Source: Desulfobacterales bacterium
GTDB taxonomy: Bacteria > Desulfobacterota > Desulfobacteria > Desulfobacterales > UBA2174
DNA length: 64,000 nucleotides
Assembly: GCA_963668645.2 (NCBI GenBank)
Contig: CAXXWC010000015.1
Span: 1 to 64,000 of the forward strand
Direction of reading: 5' to 3'
The translations under genes were made by a program, and so were the position numbers. Of this stretch, positions 55,452 through 64,000 are shown piece by piece (the first letter of the stretch is position 1; each line of letters begins with the position of its first letter). The notes beneath the pieces were generated by a model. That model did no database searches. It worked only from the letters and a program-made list of their open reading frames with translations, and had not been told where the DNA came from.

Positions 55452-56600
55452 TCAGACTCCTCTCCCCTGGATGAGCCGCAGGATGTTGCGGATATCGGTA
55501 GGCGTGATCAGGGTGCCGTCGATGCGGTTGGCCAAAAAGACCTTTTCCGGTTCGTTCACGGCTGCCTTGACCTCCCGCATGATCTGGCCGGTGTTCATCT
55601 CGGCCACTACCACCGAGCGAGCCCGGCTGCACTTTTCGCGCACGATGGCGGCCGGAAAGGGCCAGAGGGTCTGCAACTCGAGCAGTCCGAGCCGTTCGCC
55701 CCGGGCCCGGCGCTCGCGCACCACGTGCAGGGCCGAGCGGGCCGAACTGCCGTAGGAGATGAACACGGTTTGGGCATCGTCCAGAAAGTGCTCCTTGTAA
55801 TGGGTCACATGATCGACATTGTTCTCGATCTTGTCTATCAGGTGGCGCAGCAGCCCGTCGACCACGGTGGGATTGTCCGACGGAAAGCCCCACATGTCGT
55901 GAAACAGTCCGGTGACGTTGTAACGGTGCACCCCGCCGAAATCGCTCATCGGCAGCCGGCCGTCCTCGCGCGGCAGATAGGGGTGGTAGTCCACCCCCCC
56001 GGGCACCGAGGTATGCAGCCGCTCGACCAGCGGAATATTACCGGGCTCGGGGATCACCAGCTTCTCGCGCATGTGGCCCACCCCTTCATCGAAAAGCAGG
56101 ATCACCGGCGTGCGGTAGGTTTCGGCGATGTTGAAGGCCTCCACCGTCATGGCGAAAACATCCTGGTGGTTCGAAGCGGTGAGGGTCACGATGCTGTGGT
56201 CTCCGTGACTCCCCCAGCGCGCCTGCATCACGTCGCCCTGGGCCACGTGGGTGGGGTTGCCGGTGGACGGCCCGCCGCGCTGCACGTTGACGATCACGCA
56301 GGGGATCTCGGCCATCACCGCATAGCCCAGGGCCTCCTGTTTAAGGGAGAATCCCGGTCCACTGGTGGCCGTCATCACCTTGTGGCCGGTGAGCGAGGCC
56401 CCGATGATGGCGCACATGGAGGCGATCTCGTCCTCCATCTGGATAAACTTGCCGCCGATCTGCGGCAGCCGGGCCGAGAGGCCCTCGGCGATTTCCGTGG
56501 ACGGCGTGATGGGATAGCCGGCAAAAAATTGCAGCCCGGCATACAAAGCCCCTTCCACGCAGGCCTCGTTTCCCTGGATAAATTTCACATTTGGTTTCAT
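55452..56600 (-). CDS. 2-oxoacid:ferredoxin oxidoreductase alpha subunit
   Basis: GNEA, GYPITPSTE, QMEDE, TATSGPGFSL, QRGGPSTG. Confidence 0.95.
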   Translation of the reverse strand: MKPNVKFIQGNEACVEGALYAGLQFFAGYPITPSTEIAEGLSARLPQIGGKFIQMEDEIASMCAIIGASLTGHKVMTATSGPGFSLKQEALGYAVMAEIPCVIVNVQRGGPSTGNPTHVAQGDVMQARWGSHGDHSIVTLTASNHQDVFAMTVEAFNIAETYRTPVILLFDEGVGHMREKLVIPEPGNIPLVERLHTSVPGGVDYHPYLPREDGRLPMSDFGGVHRYNVTGLFHDMWGFPSDNPTVVDGLLRHLIDKIENNVDHVTHYKEHFLDDAQTVFISYGSSARSALHVVRERRARGERLGLLELQTLWPFPAAIVREKCSRARSVVVAEMNTGQIMREVKAAVNEPEKVFLANRIDGTLITPTDIRNILRLIQGRGV

Positions 56601-56608
56601 CGCAGCTT

Positions 56609-56824
56609 TTACTCCGTGATGATTTCGATGGCCAGGTCGGGACACCTGAGTTCGCAAAGCTTGCAGGCGATGCAGTCTTCGGGCCGGGCCGCCACCGCCT
56701 TGTCCTTGTCGTCGAGTTCAAGTACGTTCTTGGGGCAAAAAGCCACACAGATGCCGCACCCCTTGCACCAGGCCTGATTGATAAGGTGCTCCTTCAACTT
56801 GAGTTTTTTCTGGGCTTCGACCAT
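56609..56824 (-). CDS. 2-oxoacid:ferredoxin oxidoreductase delta subunit (2x[4Fe-4S])
   Basis: CKGCGICVAFCP and CIACKLCELRCP. Confidence 0.93.
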   Translation of the reverse strand: MVEAQKKLKLKEHLINQAWCKGCGICVAFCPKNVLELDDKDKAVAARPEDCIACKLCELRCPDLAIEIITE

Positions 56825-56936
56825 GCAATTTTCCTCCAACGCTAAAGGACCGCGTGGACGCGGCCCGGATTGATGACGATCAGCACTTTACCGATGACCA
56901 CTTCGCGGACCCTCTGTCATCACCGGCAAGCGGCGG

Positions 56937-57995
56937 TCAGGGGACCATACGCCCGAACGTCTCCAGGGCCTTTTGGACCAGGTAGAGGTGGTAGCCGGGC
57001 GTTTCCGGTGCCAGCTCGCAGCCCACGCTGAACATGAACCCGCGCGGCGCCCGCTTGCCCTTCTCGATGATCTGGCGGCACCGCTGGACGATCTCCCCGG
57101 GCTGGCCCGTGAGCAGAAGGCTCGGGTCCAGGTTGCCGATGAGCACCGCCTTGTGGCCGATCACTTCGATGGCCTTGTCGATGTCGATCTCATCGCCGAA
57201 GCTGCAAAGCCCCGGATCGCCCATGGCCACCTCGGCCCACATCGGCATGTTGGCGTTCTGGTCCCCGCAGATGTGGTGCAGCACGTGGCGCACCCCCATT
57301 TGTGCGATCCGCTCTCCGGTCTCTGCCAGGTACGGCAGAACGAAGTTCTTGAACTGGCGCGGCGAAATGATCAGGTTCGACGCCATCGGTTCCCAGAACT
57401 GGGGGATGACCTTCTCGGCGCCGAAGGTATTGACCCAGTACGCCACGGTCTCCAGGATGTGGTCCGTGGCCAGGCGCAGCAGGTGGTGGGCCAGATCCGG
57501 TTTTTTGATCATCCAGCGGCACAGCTTGGCCACCGAGCAAAGGTTGCCCGCCAGGGTGAAGTTGCCGCCCATGATCACCGAAATCGGCGTGCCGTTCTGT
57601 TCCTGCAGGCGTGAAAATTCCATGGCTATGGGCAAACATCCGGCCGTGCGCACGTCGGGACGGGCCAGATGCTCGGCCTCGGCCTCGTCGTTGACCGGAA
57701 AGGTTTTATGCGACGGGGCCTGCTGGTAGGTGCCGGTGGGCATCTCGATCTGGCCGCCGAACTCCCAGGTGCCGTACGACGCGTACCCGTAAAGCGGGCC
57801 CCAGTCCACCCCGTACTGCTCGAAGGTGCGCTGCTGGGCCGCGTAGCTCTTCTCGGCGTCGCTGTAGATCGCCTGGATCGGATAGCCCACGTTGCGGGCG
57901 CTGAAGCCGAGGATAAATGGAAAGTGGGCAATGCGGTCCACCGGGTTTCCCGCCAGAACCGCCGCGTTGCGTTCCTTGCTGGTCATGGTCGCCAT
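56937..57995 (-). CDS. MtaA/CmuA-like methylcobamide methyltransferase (URO-D fold)
   Basis: MTSKER, LIISP, Zn ligands HICG and GCE, GNLDP. Confidence 0.82.
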   Translation of the reverse strand: MATMTSKERNAAVLAGNPVDRIAHFPFILGFSARNVGYPIQAIYSDAEKSYAAQQRTFEQYGVDWGPLYGYASYGTWEFGGQIEMPTGTYQQAPSHKTFPVNDEAEAEHLARPDVRTAGCLPIAMEFSRLQEQNGTPISVIMGGNFTLAGNLCSVAKLCRWMIKKPDLAHHLLRLATDHILETVAYWVNTFGAEKVIPQFWEPMASNLIISPRQFKNFVLPYLAETGERIAQMGVRHVLHHICGDQNANMPMWAEVAMGDPGLCSFGDEIDIDKAIEVIGHKAVLIGNLDPSLLLTGQPGEIVQRCRQIIEKGKRAPRGFMFSVGCELAPETPGYHLYLVQKALETFGRMVP

Positions 57996-58021
57996 ACTGT
58001 TTCCTTTTCTTTACCGTCACC

Positions 58022-58147
58022 CCGGAAATGGTGGATTTGGGTTCCTGGCAAGGCCCGAGCGCGTTTTCAACCGGAGCAATAGTTCACTATTTCAAGGATT
58101 GAAAACGAGCGAGAACGCCGCCAGGGGCCAAAAGATGCCGTTTCCGG
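58022..58147. repeat. long imperfect palindrome (MITE/REP-like)
   Basis: Nested arms CCGGAAATGG/CCGTTTCCGG, CCTGGC/GCCAGG, CGTTTTCAA/TTGAAAACG, AATAG/CTATT. Confidence 0.75.
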
Positions 58148-58153
58148 CAATGT

Positions 58154-59224
58154 CTATTCGTACCAGCCAAAATCATGGGCCGCACGGGTCATGGCATAGA
58201 CGTTCACCGGCGGCGCCCCCACCGGCAGGCCGCAGCCCGGCCCCAGGATGAATCCGCCCGGGGCCTGGCGTCCCTTTTCGACGGCCGTTCGGCATAGATC
58301 GTAGACCGTCTCGGGGGTTCCGGTCTGGATCACCGCCGGCTCGATGTTGCCAAAGATGATGTCCCCGGGAAAGTGTTCCATGGCCTTGGAAAGATCCACC
58401 TCGTGGCCGAAGCTCAGCACGCTGGGGTGGGACCAGGCATCGGCTCCGGCCAGCAGCGGCAGGTTCATGTTCTGCTCGCCGCAGATGTGGAACCCGAAAC
58501 GCATCACCCCCAGGGCCCGCAGCCGCCGGTGGTACTCCTGGTGATAGGGGATGGCGAACTTCTTGACGATCCGCGGTGAGACGAGCTGGTTCGATTCGGT
58601 GGGGCTGCTCATCCAGGCAAATACCCGGCCGGCGCCGAAGGTGTCGACCCAGAGGCCGAGCACGTTAAAGATATGGTCGATGGAAAGCTCCAGCAGCCGC
58701 TCGCACAACTCGGGCCGCTTCATGGTCCAGCGCAAAAAGCGGTCGATGCCCGCGATGTTGGCCGCCATGGTAAAAGGGCTGCGCGAAAAAAAATAGACCG
58801 GCAAATCGTGCTCGAACTGGAGCCGCGCATAACGCAGGGCCTGGGGAATCCGCCCGGCGCTTTCCGGATCGGGCAGGCGCAGCTTCTCGATGTCCTCTTC
58901 GGCGTTGACCGGGTAATCGGTCACCACCAGGGCCCCCTCGTACTCGCCCTTGGGCATGCGCACCTTGCCGCCGAAGTCCCAGGCACCCATCACGGTGTGA
59001 CCGGCATACTGGGGAATCGGGTCCCACCCGTACTGCTCGGTGGTCCACTGCATGTCCGAAAAGCTCTTTTCCGGATCCTCGTAAGCGTCGGCCACCGTGT
59101 GGCCCGCGTTGCGCGTGTTGAACCCGGTACTCATGGCCCCCACCGCAACCCGGTCGGGACGCTGGCCGGCAAAAAGAGCGTCCATCCGCTCCTGGCTTGT
59201 CATTCGATCCTGTCTCAGGTGCAT
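58154..59224 (-). CDS. MtaA/CmuA-like methylcobamide methyltransferase (URO-D fold)
   Basis: MTSQER, SPFT, LVSP, Zn ligands HICG and GCG, GNIEP. Confidence 0.82.
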   Translation of the reverse strand: MHLRQDRMTSQERMDALFAGQRPDRVAVGAMSTGFNTRNAGHTVADAYEDPEKSFSDMQWTTEQYGWDPIPQYAGHTVMGAWDFGGKVRMPKGEYEGALVVTDYPVNAEEDIEKLRLPDPESAGRIPQALRYARLQFEHDLPVYFFSRSPFTMAANIAGIDRFLRWTMKRPELCERLLELSIDHIFNVLGLWVDTFGAGRVFAWMSSPTESNQLVSPRIVKKFAIPYHQEYHRRLRALGVMRFGFHICGEQNMNLPLLAGADAWSHPSVLSFGHEVDLSKAMEHFPGDIIFGNIEPAVIQTGTPETVYDLCRTAVEKGRQAPGGFILGPGCGLPVGAPPVNVYAMTRAAHDFGWYE

Positions 59225-59243
59225 GGCTACCCCCCGGCTGCCG

Positions 59244-59897
59244 TCAGGCCGCTTTGGTGAACAGACGCTCGGCGGTGACCACCGCCTGGATGGCGTCAGT
59301 GGCATACCCATCGGCCCCGTACTGGCGCGCGATCTCCTCGTTGAGCGGCGCCCCGCCCACCAGCACGATCACCTTCGGATTGACCGCCTTGACCATCTCG
59401 ATCACCTTGGGCATGGCCATCATGCTGGTGGTCATCAGGGCCGACAGCGCCACCACGTCCGCCCCGGTGCTCTTGAGCTCCTCGGCAAAACGCTCCAGCT
59501 TGACATCCTTGCCCAGATCGAAAATCTCCCAGCCGGCCGCCTCGAACATGGTCTTGACCAGGGTCTTGCCGATGTCGTGGATGTCGCCTTCCACCACGCC
59601 CATAATGATCTTGCCGGCCGCAGCGTGTTCGTCAACCTTAACGTGGGGCCTGAGCACCTCCAGCCCGGCGTACATGGCATCCGAGGAAAGCAGCAGCTCG
59701 GGCACGAAATACTCGTTCTGCTCGTAGAGCTTGCCCACCGAGTCCATCCCCGCCGCCAGACCCTCCATGATGGCGCTATAGGCGTCCAGGCCGGCGGACA
59801 GGGCCTCACGGCACAGCTCCGGGGTCTTTTCCTCGTCCATGTCCACAACCGCATCGTGAATCTCTTTCAGTAACGCTGCCTGTTTTTCGGAATCCAT
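59244..59897 (-). CDS. corrinoid (B12-binding) methyltransferase partner protein
   Basis: B12 cap GL..GM..VG.LYE..EYFVPELL, GDIHDIGK (DxHxxG), SALMTT, GGAP, GAD. Confidence 0.95.
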   Translation of the reverse strand: MDSEKQAALLKEIHDAVVDMDEEKTPELCREALSAGLDAYSAIMEGLAAGMDSVGKLYEQNEYFVPELLLSSDAMYAGLEVLRPHVKVDEHAAAGKIIMGVVEGDIHDIGKTLVKTMFEAAGWEIFDLGKDVKLERFAEELKSTGADVVALSALMTTSMMAMPKVIEMVKAVNPKVIVLVGGAPLNEEIARQYGADGYATDAIQAVVTAERLFTKAA

Positions 59898-59992
59898 GTC
59901 TGAACGTCCTTTCTGCATTCCCATTGGTGCGTGATGCGCGTTTTAGGTGAACGACGCGCCGGGGTTCTCAGCGCCGCCGGTGTTTCATGTTC

Positions 59993-60991
59993 TCAAGCAT
60001 GCGAAGCGTTCAACAGCTCGCCCATGTCCCAGACCCGGATGCCCAGCGCTGCTTCGTGTTTCATCAGGTTGATCAGACAGATGGGGCAGGTCACCAGAAC
60101 ATCCTTGCACGCCCCGGCAAGCTCCTGCGCCCGGATACAGGAGATCGAACGGCTCAGATCGCAAAAGGCATATTCCACCGGGCCGCCGCAGCAGGCCGTG
60201 TTCTTGGCACAGTTTTCCGCCTCCACCACCTCGATGCCCAGGCCCTGAAGCACGCTGCGCGCCGGAGCCACGATGTCCAGGTCCCGGGTCATGACGCAAG
60301 AGTCGTGCAGCACGATCTTTTCCGGCACACCGGCCGCCGGGCGGTCGCGCTTTACCGGCTTTGCGCTGGCCAGTACCTCCAGATAGTGGCGCACATCCAG
60401 ATCGAACCTGGGAATAAAACGCGGATAGATCTCGCGCAACATGAAGGTCGTGTGCGGATCGGTAGCCACCACGGTCCGCGCCCCGGACTCTTTCAAAGTC
60501 CGGTATACCCTTTGGGCGATGGGCACCACCGCCTCTTCCAGTCCCAGGTCGTGGAGCAACACCCCGCTGTACGGTTCCTGTTCGTGCAGGTAGGCCGGAC
60601 GGAGCCCGCCTGCACCCAGGGCCGCCACGATCCCCTGCAGGGCCGCCTGCCCCCTGCGGCGGATCTCTTGCTGGCCGCGGGCCTTGAACCGCAAAAGTGG
60701 GCCGCCCACCAGGGCCCCGGCCATCTCAGCCATGCGGGCAATCGCGTCCACCCCGAGGACCGGCACGATCGGCTGGGCCGCGGCGGCCATCTCCGTGGTG
60801 CTCACCACATAGGGCAGCATCTGGTACATGCGCGCCGTGTAGAGCAGGGTCGGACCGCGTTGATCAAGGCCCAGCCCCTCTGCCCAGCGTGTCCAGTAAG
60901 TCGTCTTGAGCCCCAGCGGATCCCCGGTGCGCTCAAGGTTGCCCTCTATCGTCCTCAGGGCCTGGGCCACCAGTACCTTAGAGCTTCGCAT
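59993..60991 (-). CDS. CCG-domain Fe-S protein (GlcF/HdrB-like)
   Basis: HDSC..CCGG..TCPIC in the second half; the first repeat lacks the cysteines. Confidence 0.82.
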   Translation of the reverse strand: MRSSKVLVAQALRTIEGNLERTGDPLGLKTTYWTRWAEGLGLDQRGPTLLYTARMYQMLPYVVSTTEMAAAAQPIVPVLGVDAIARMAEMAGALVGGPLLRFKARGQQEIRRRGQAALQGIVAALGAGGLRPAYLHEQEPYSGVLLHDLGLEEAVVPIAQRVYRTLKESGARTVVATDPHTTFMLREIYPRFIPRFDLDVRHYLEVLASAKPVKRDRPAAGVPEKIVLHDSCVMTRDLDIVAPARSVLQGLGIEVVEAENCAKNTACCGGPVEYAFCDLSRSISCIRAQELAGACKDVLVTCPICLINLMKHEAALGIRVWDMGELLNASHA

Positions 60992-61319
60992 GGCGTCCTC
61001 CCCTGGCCAGCCGGTTTGACAAAAGACGCCGGCCGGTCCCAAGCAATTCACAAATGTCAAGGTTCTGCCCCTTGCCCTTGCACATCACTTCACAGCGCCG
61101 GCACTGCAGGCAACTGTACAGGCAATAGGTCAGGGCATCGTCGAAGGCCAGAGTGCCGTTGAGAAGATACTTGATGATCTGCAGCCGGCCGAAGGAGGAA
61201 AAACTCTCCACCCCCCCCGAAGCCTGGTAGGTCGGACAGACATCGACGCAGAACCGGCACGAGCGGCACTTGGCGATCTCTTTGAGCAAATGGTCCCGAT
61301 CCGAGTCGTCGTTGGTCAC
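60978..61319 (-). CDS. 4Fe-4S dicluster protein
   Basis: CRSCRFCVDVCP and CLQCRRCEVMC; GTG start overlapping the upstream stop. Confidence 0.85.
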   Translation of the reverse strand: MTNDDSDRDHLLKEIAKCRSCRFCVDVCPTYQASGGVESFSSFGRLQIIKYLLNGTLAFDDALTYCLYSCLQCRRCEVMCKGKGQNLDICELLGTGRRLLSNRLARGGRHAKL

Positions 61320-62728
61320 AGCCAGCCCTCCAGATTGCCGCGGTTTAAAATGTTGTTCGGGTCGAAGGTCTTCTTCAACCCGGCCAGAAAAGCGGTGTAG
61401 GCCGGGCCGTACTTCGCTTCGAGAAAACCGGCCCGCTGGGCCGTCAGCCCCCACTCGCCCCCGCATCCGCCGTACTTGACGTTGAGTGCCTCGGTCTTTT
61501 CGCGCACCTCCAGGGTCACCGCCTTTTTCACCTCGTTGGGGATCTCCTTGGAGGGGATAAAGGCATAGGCGTGGATCGTGGGCGCCCCGATATGCCCGAA
61601 GGAATAAAATTCGTTGCCTTTGTAACTGTCGAGGTTGAGAATGATCTGCTTGGCCTCGGCAAAGGCTTCCCTTAGCCGATCGACCCGCGGGGTGATCTCG
61701 CTGCCGAAGGTCGAGCCGAGACGGTAGACGTAGTTGCCCGCCTCGGCGCGGCTGCTCCAGATCTTGTTCCAGCGCTCGGCATCGGCCACGATTTCGGCCG
61801 AAATGGGATTGCGCCGCTGGAGAAACTCGACAAAGGCCTGGGCCTTGGCCTCGCACCCGGCCGCGGTGGCCGAATGCATGGTCATCATGGCCACCGCGCC
61901 TTTGGGCGGTTCCAGCCCCACGGCCTTGAATCCCACCGGGGCCGATTTCTCGTCCAGATATTCGAAAAACAGCGGCGTGTGCATCCCCTCGCGGTACATG
62001 GCCATCACCGTGTCGAGAATCTCTTCGCTGCTGGCAAAATAGGCCACGATGTTGGCCATCTGCGGTTTGGGGATCAGGCGCATGCGGATCTTGGTGATCA
62101 CGCACAGCAGCCCTTCGGAACCGACGAGAAACTTGGTCGCCTCGATGCCGGCCGGCTTGCGGGTCGACTCGGTGCCCGTCTCGAGTATCTCCCCGGTGGC
62201 CAGCACCACCTCCAGGCCCAGAACATAGTCGCCCGGCTTGCAGAGGCTGGCGTCCACCGCGTGGGCACTGGTGTTCACCGCCACCGAACCGCCGATGGTG
62301 GCGATCGGCTCGCTGCCCGGAAAAATCGGCAGCAACGCCTTGTGCGGCGCCAGCGCCTTTCTCAGCTTGCCGATGTGCATCCCCGGCTCCACCTCGAAGT
62401 AGCCCCGCTCGGGGAAAATCTCCAGCTTCTGCATCCTGCCCGTGTCCAGCACGATGGCATTGGTCTTGGGCCGGCCGAGACCCACCAGCGAGGTCCCCGA
62501 ACCGTGGGTGTGCACCGGGATGCCGCGCGCGTTGGCGTATTTGAGCACCTCGGAAACCTCCCGGCCGTCGGCCGGGCGCACCACGGCGAAAGGCACGTGA
62601 TGCGCCTCCACGTCCCAGGGCATCGTGTCCTTGGCATAGGCCATGGCCGTGGGCCGGTCGGTAAACGCGTTCTCCTTACCGACCAGGGCGGCAAGATCTT
62701 TGGTCAGTCGTTTCAGGTCGTATTCCAT
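61316..62728 (-). CDS. FAD-binding oxidoreductase (GlcD/D-2-hydroxyacid dehydrogenase-like)
   Basis: VVRP, GSGTSL.G, ATIGG, VGSEG.L.VIT, GH..TIH, GEWG, LKKTFDPNNILN; GGAGG RBS. Confidence 0.88.
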   Translation of the reverse strand: MEYDLKRLTKDLAALVGKENAFTDRPTAMAYAKDTMPWDVEAHHVPFAVVRPADGREVSEVLKYANARGIPVHTHGSGTSLVGLGRPKTNAIVLDTGRMQKLEIFPERGYFEVEPGMHIGKLRKALAPHKALLPIFPGSEPIATIGGSVAVNTSAHAVDASLCKPGDYVLGLEVVLATGEILETGTESTRKPAGIEATKFLVGSEGLLCVITKIRMRLIPKPQMANIVAYFASSEEILDTVMAMYREGMHTPLFFEYLDEKSAPVGFKAVGLEPPKGAVAMMTMHSATAAGCEAKAQAFVEFLQRRNPISAEIVADAERWNKIWSSRAEAGNYVYRLGSTFGSEITPRVDRLREAFAEAKQIILNLDSYKGNEFYSFGHIGAPTIHAYAFIPSKEIPNEVKKAVTLEVREKTEALNVKYGGCGGEWGLTAQRAGFLEAKYGPAYTAFLAGLKKTFDPNNILNRGNLEGWL

Positions 62729-62798
62729 TGCGCCTCCGGTTGTCTCAGCGCGCCGACGGTCAGATGTCTGGCGGCTTTTCATATGAACGGTAAAAGTT

Positions 62799-64000
62799 TT
62801 ATCTTCGGGTCACCCAAGCCAGCAGTGAACGGACGTCCGCCAGGGTTTCCAGGCCCATGATGGCGGCCGACAGATCGTCTCGCGCACCGCGATCCATGCC
62901 ATAGCCGGAGTAGTCGAGACATTTTTCGAACTTGCTGCGGCACTGGATATCACTCATGGGCCGCAGCGGATTGCCCAGCGGAGCGGTGATCTGCATCTCT
63001 ACCGGCGCCCGGCCCTGCCGGTGAACGCAAAGCCGGGCCGGAAGCAGATCCTTGGCCGCCAGACCCGGATCTTCGATCACCTGCACCTTCGCGGCCAGGT
63101 CGAGCACCTCCTGTTTGCCGATGGCCTGCGGTTCGAAATCGCCGAGAAAAACGTCGCCGCGCACCAGGGCACAGGCCACGGTGTACGGAATGCTGAACTG
63201 GGCGTCCACCTGGGGGTTCTTGCCGATCCTGAACCGCTTGCCCACCATCTCGGTGACCATGGACGAGGCCCTCACCTCGATGCGCGCAATCTCCCCGGCC
63301 GGGCCCACCTGATCGCGCACCGCCAGGGCCGCGTCGATGGCGCTGTGGGTCATGCGGCAGCACGGATACGGCTTGATGCTCAGGTCCGTGACCGCATTGT
63401 GCCGGCCAAGGTCCGCCAGAACCGCATCGGCATCCAGATCACCCTGCTCGTAGAGCGGGTAATAACCGTAATTGCCGGTCAGAAAGGCCCGGCTGCCGGT
63501 AATCCCCTTTGACGCCAGAAACGCTGCCGTCACCCCGGCAGAAGCGGCAAAAGCCGGCTGCATCCGCTTGACCAGGCGCCCTTCAACCAGTCCCTGGGCA
63601 TTGCCCGAAGTCTGGGCGTAGACGATGCCCAAAGCATCCCAGAGCCGCTCGCGGTCCAGGCCCAGAATCTTGCCGGCGGCCGCCGCGGCCCCGAAACTGC
63701 CGCAGGTGGCCGTGCGGATCCAGGACAGGGGACGCTGGATGCCGAGGCTGATGCGGCAGATCACATCCACTCCCAGGGCCAGGGCCGTGATCAGGGTCTT
63801 GCCGTCCACCCCGCCCACCGCCTCGGCCGCCGCCAGGCAGGCCGGCAGAACCGAGACAAAGGTGTGCAGGGCCGAGGCGTCCAGGGTATCGTCGAAATCC
63901 AGCGCGTGCATCATGGTGCTGTTGGCCAGGGCCGCCATGGGCGGGGCTGCCTTGGCGCCCGAAAAAAGCACCGATGCGCCTTTGGGGCTCGGCCACGATT
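62799..64000 (-). CDS. MmgE/PrpD family protein (5' end outside the window)
   Basis: AALAN..HALDFDD..H, KPYPCCRMTH, AQFSIPY, GNP..PMS. Confidence 0.9.
   Translation of the reverse strand, partial: SWPSPKGASVLFSGAKAAPPMAALANSTMMHALDFDDTLDASALHTFVSVLPACLAAAEAVGGVDGKTLITALALGVDVICRISLGIQRPLSWIRTATCGSFGAAAAAGKILGLDRERLWDALGIVYAQTSGNAQGLVEGRLVKRMQPAFAASAGVTAAFLASKGITGSRAFLTGNYGYYPLYEQGDLDADAVLADLGRHNAVTDLSIKPYPCCRMTHSAIDAALAVRDQVGPAGEIARIEVRASSMVTEMVGKRFRIGKNPQVDAQFSIPYTVACALVRGDVFLGDFEPQAIGKQEVLDLAAKVQVIEDPGLAAKDLLPARLCVHRQGRAPVEMQITAPLGNPLRPMSDIQCRSKFEKCLDYSGYGMDRGARDDLSAAIMGLETLADVRSLLAWVTRR

Noticed and set aside
54711..56777. 688-aa plus-strand ORF
   Set aside because: Antisense shadow of the oxidoreductase genes; no motifs; expected in GC-rich DNA.
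56937..59224. Calling the URO-D-fold genes hemE
   Set aside because: HxC..C zinc ligands and the adjacent corrinoid protein favour methyltransferases; no RQAGR motif.
56937..62728. Pyrrolysine or selenocysteine read-through in the methyltransferase/Fe-S cluster
   Set aside because: All ORFs reach family-typical lengths; no internal TAG or TGA interrupting a domain was seen.

Overview
GC-rich bacterial chromosome segment whose gene content and order point to a sulfate-reducing deltaproteobacterium (Desulfobacterota, probably Desulfobacterales; this is an inference). 1-19.5 kb is core genome on the minus strand: tyrS, rny, 6S RNA, zapA/zapB, a GlmU with only the N-terminal domain, the F1 plus b/b' part of the ATP synthase operon, rodA-mrdA-mreDCB, a serine hydrolase and an LD-carboxypeptidase; tRNA-Pro(GGG) follows on the plus strand. 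19.5-27.3 kb is a decayed accessory patch: group II intron RT fragment, hybrid histidine kinase, CheB/CheR fusion, 5'-truncated IS1634, orphan receiver fragment and an hsdS tail. 27.4-43 kb holds an XRE regulator followed by a small predicted membrane protein that repeats the regulator's C-terminal helical motif (SinR/SinI-like logic, the most original signal found), an SSS symporter plus a 28-aa microprotein, a frameshifted EamA gene divergent from an ArgP-like LysR, a peptide/nickel-type ABC operon enclosing a CheR-like methyltransferase, an IS4 remnant, and an atypical kinase plus USP. 43-64 kb holds two uncharacterised catabolic clusters: TRAP/flavoprotein pair/SauS-like aldehyde dehydrogenase/VOC/HMG-CoA-lyase-like under a GntR with a VanR-type operator, and MmgE/PrpD, GlcD-like/Fe-S/CCG, corrinoid protein, two MtaA-like methyltransferases and a four-subunit 2-oxoacid:ferredoxin oxidoreductase. 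No CRISPR array or intact integrase was seen. All family calls come from motif recognition by eye, not from database searches.
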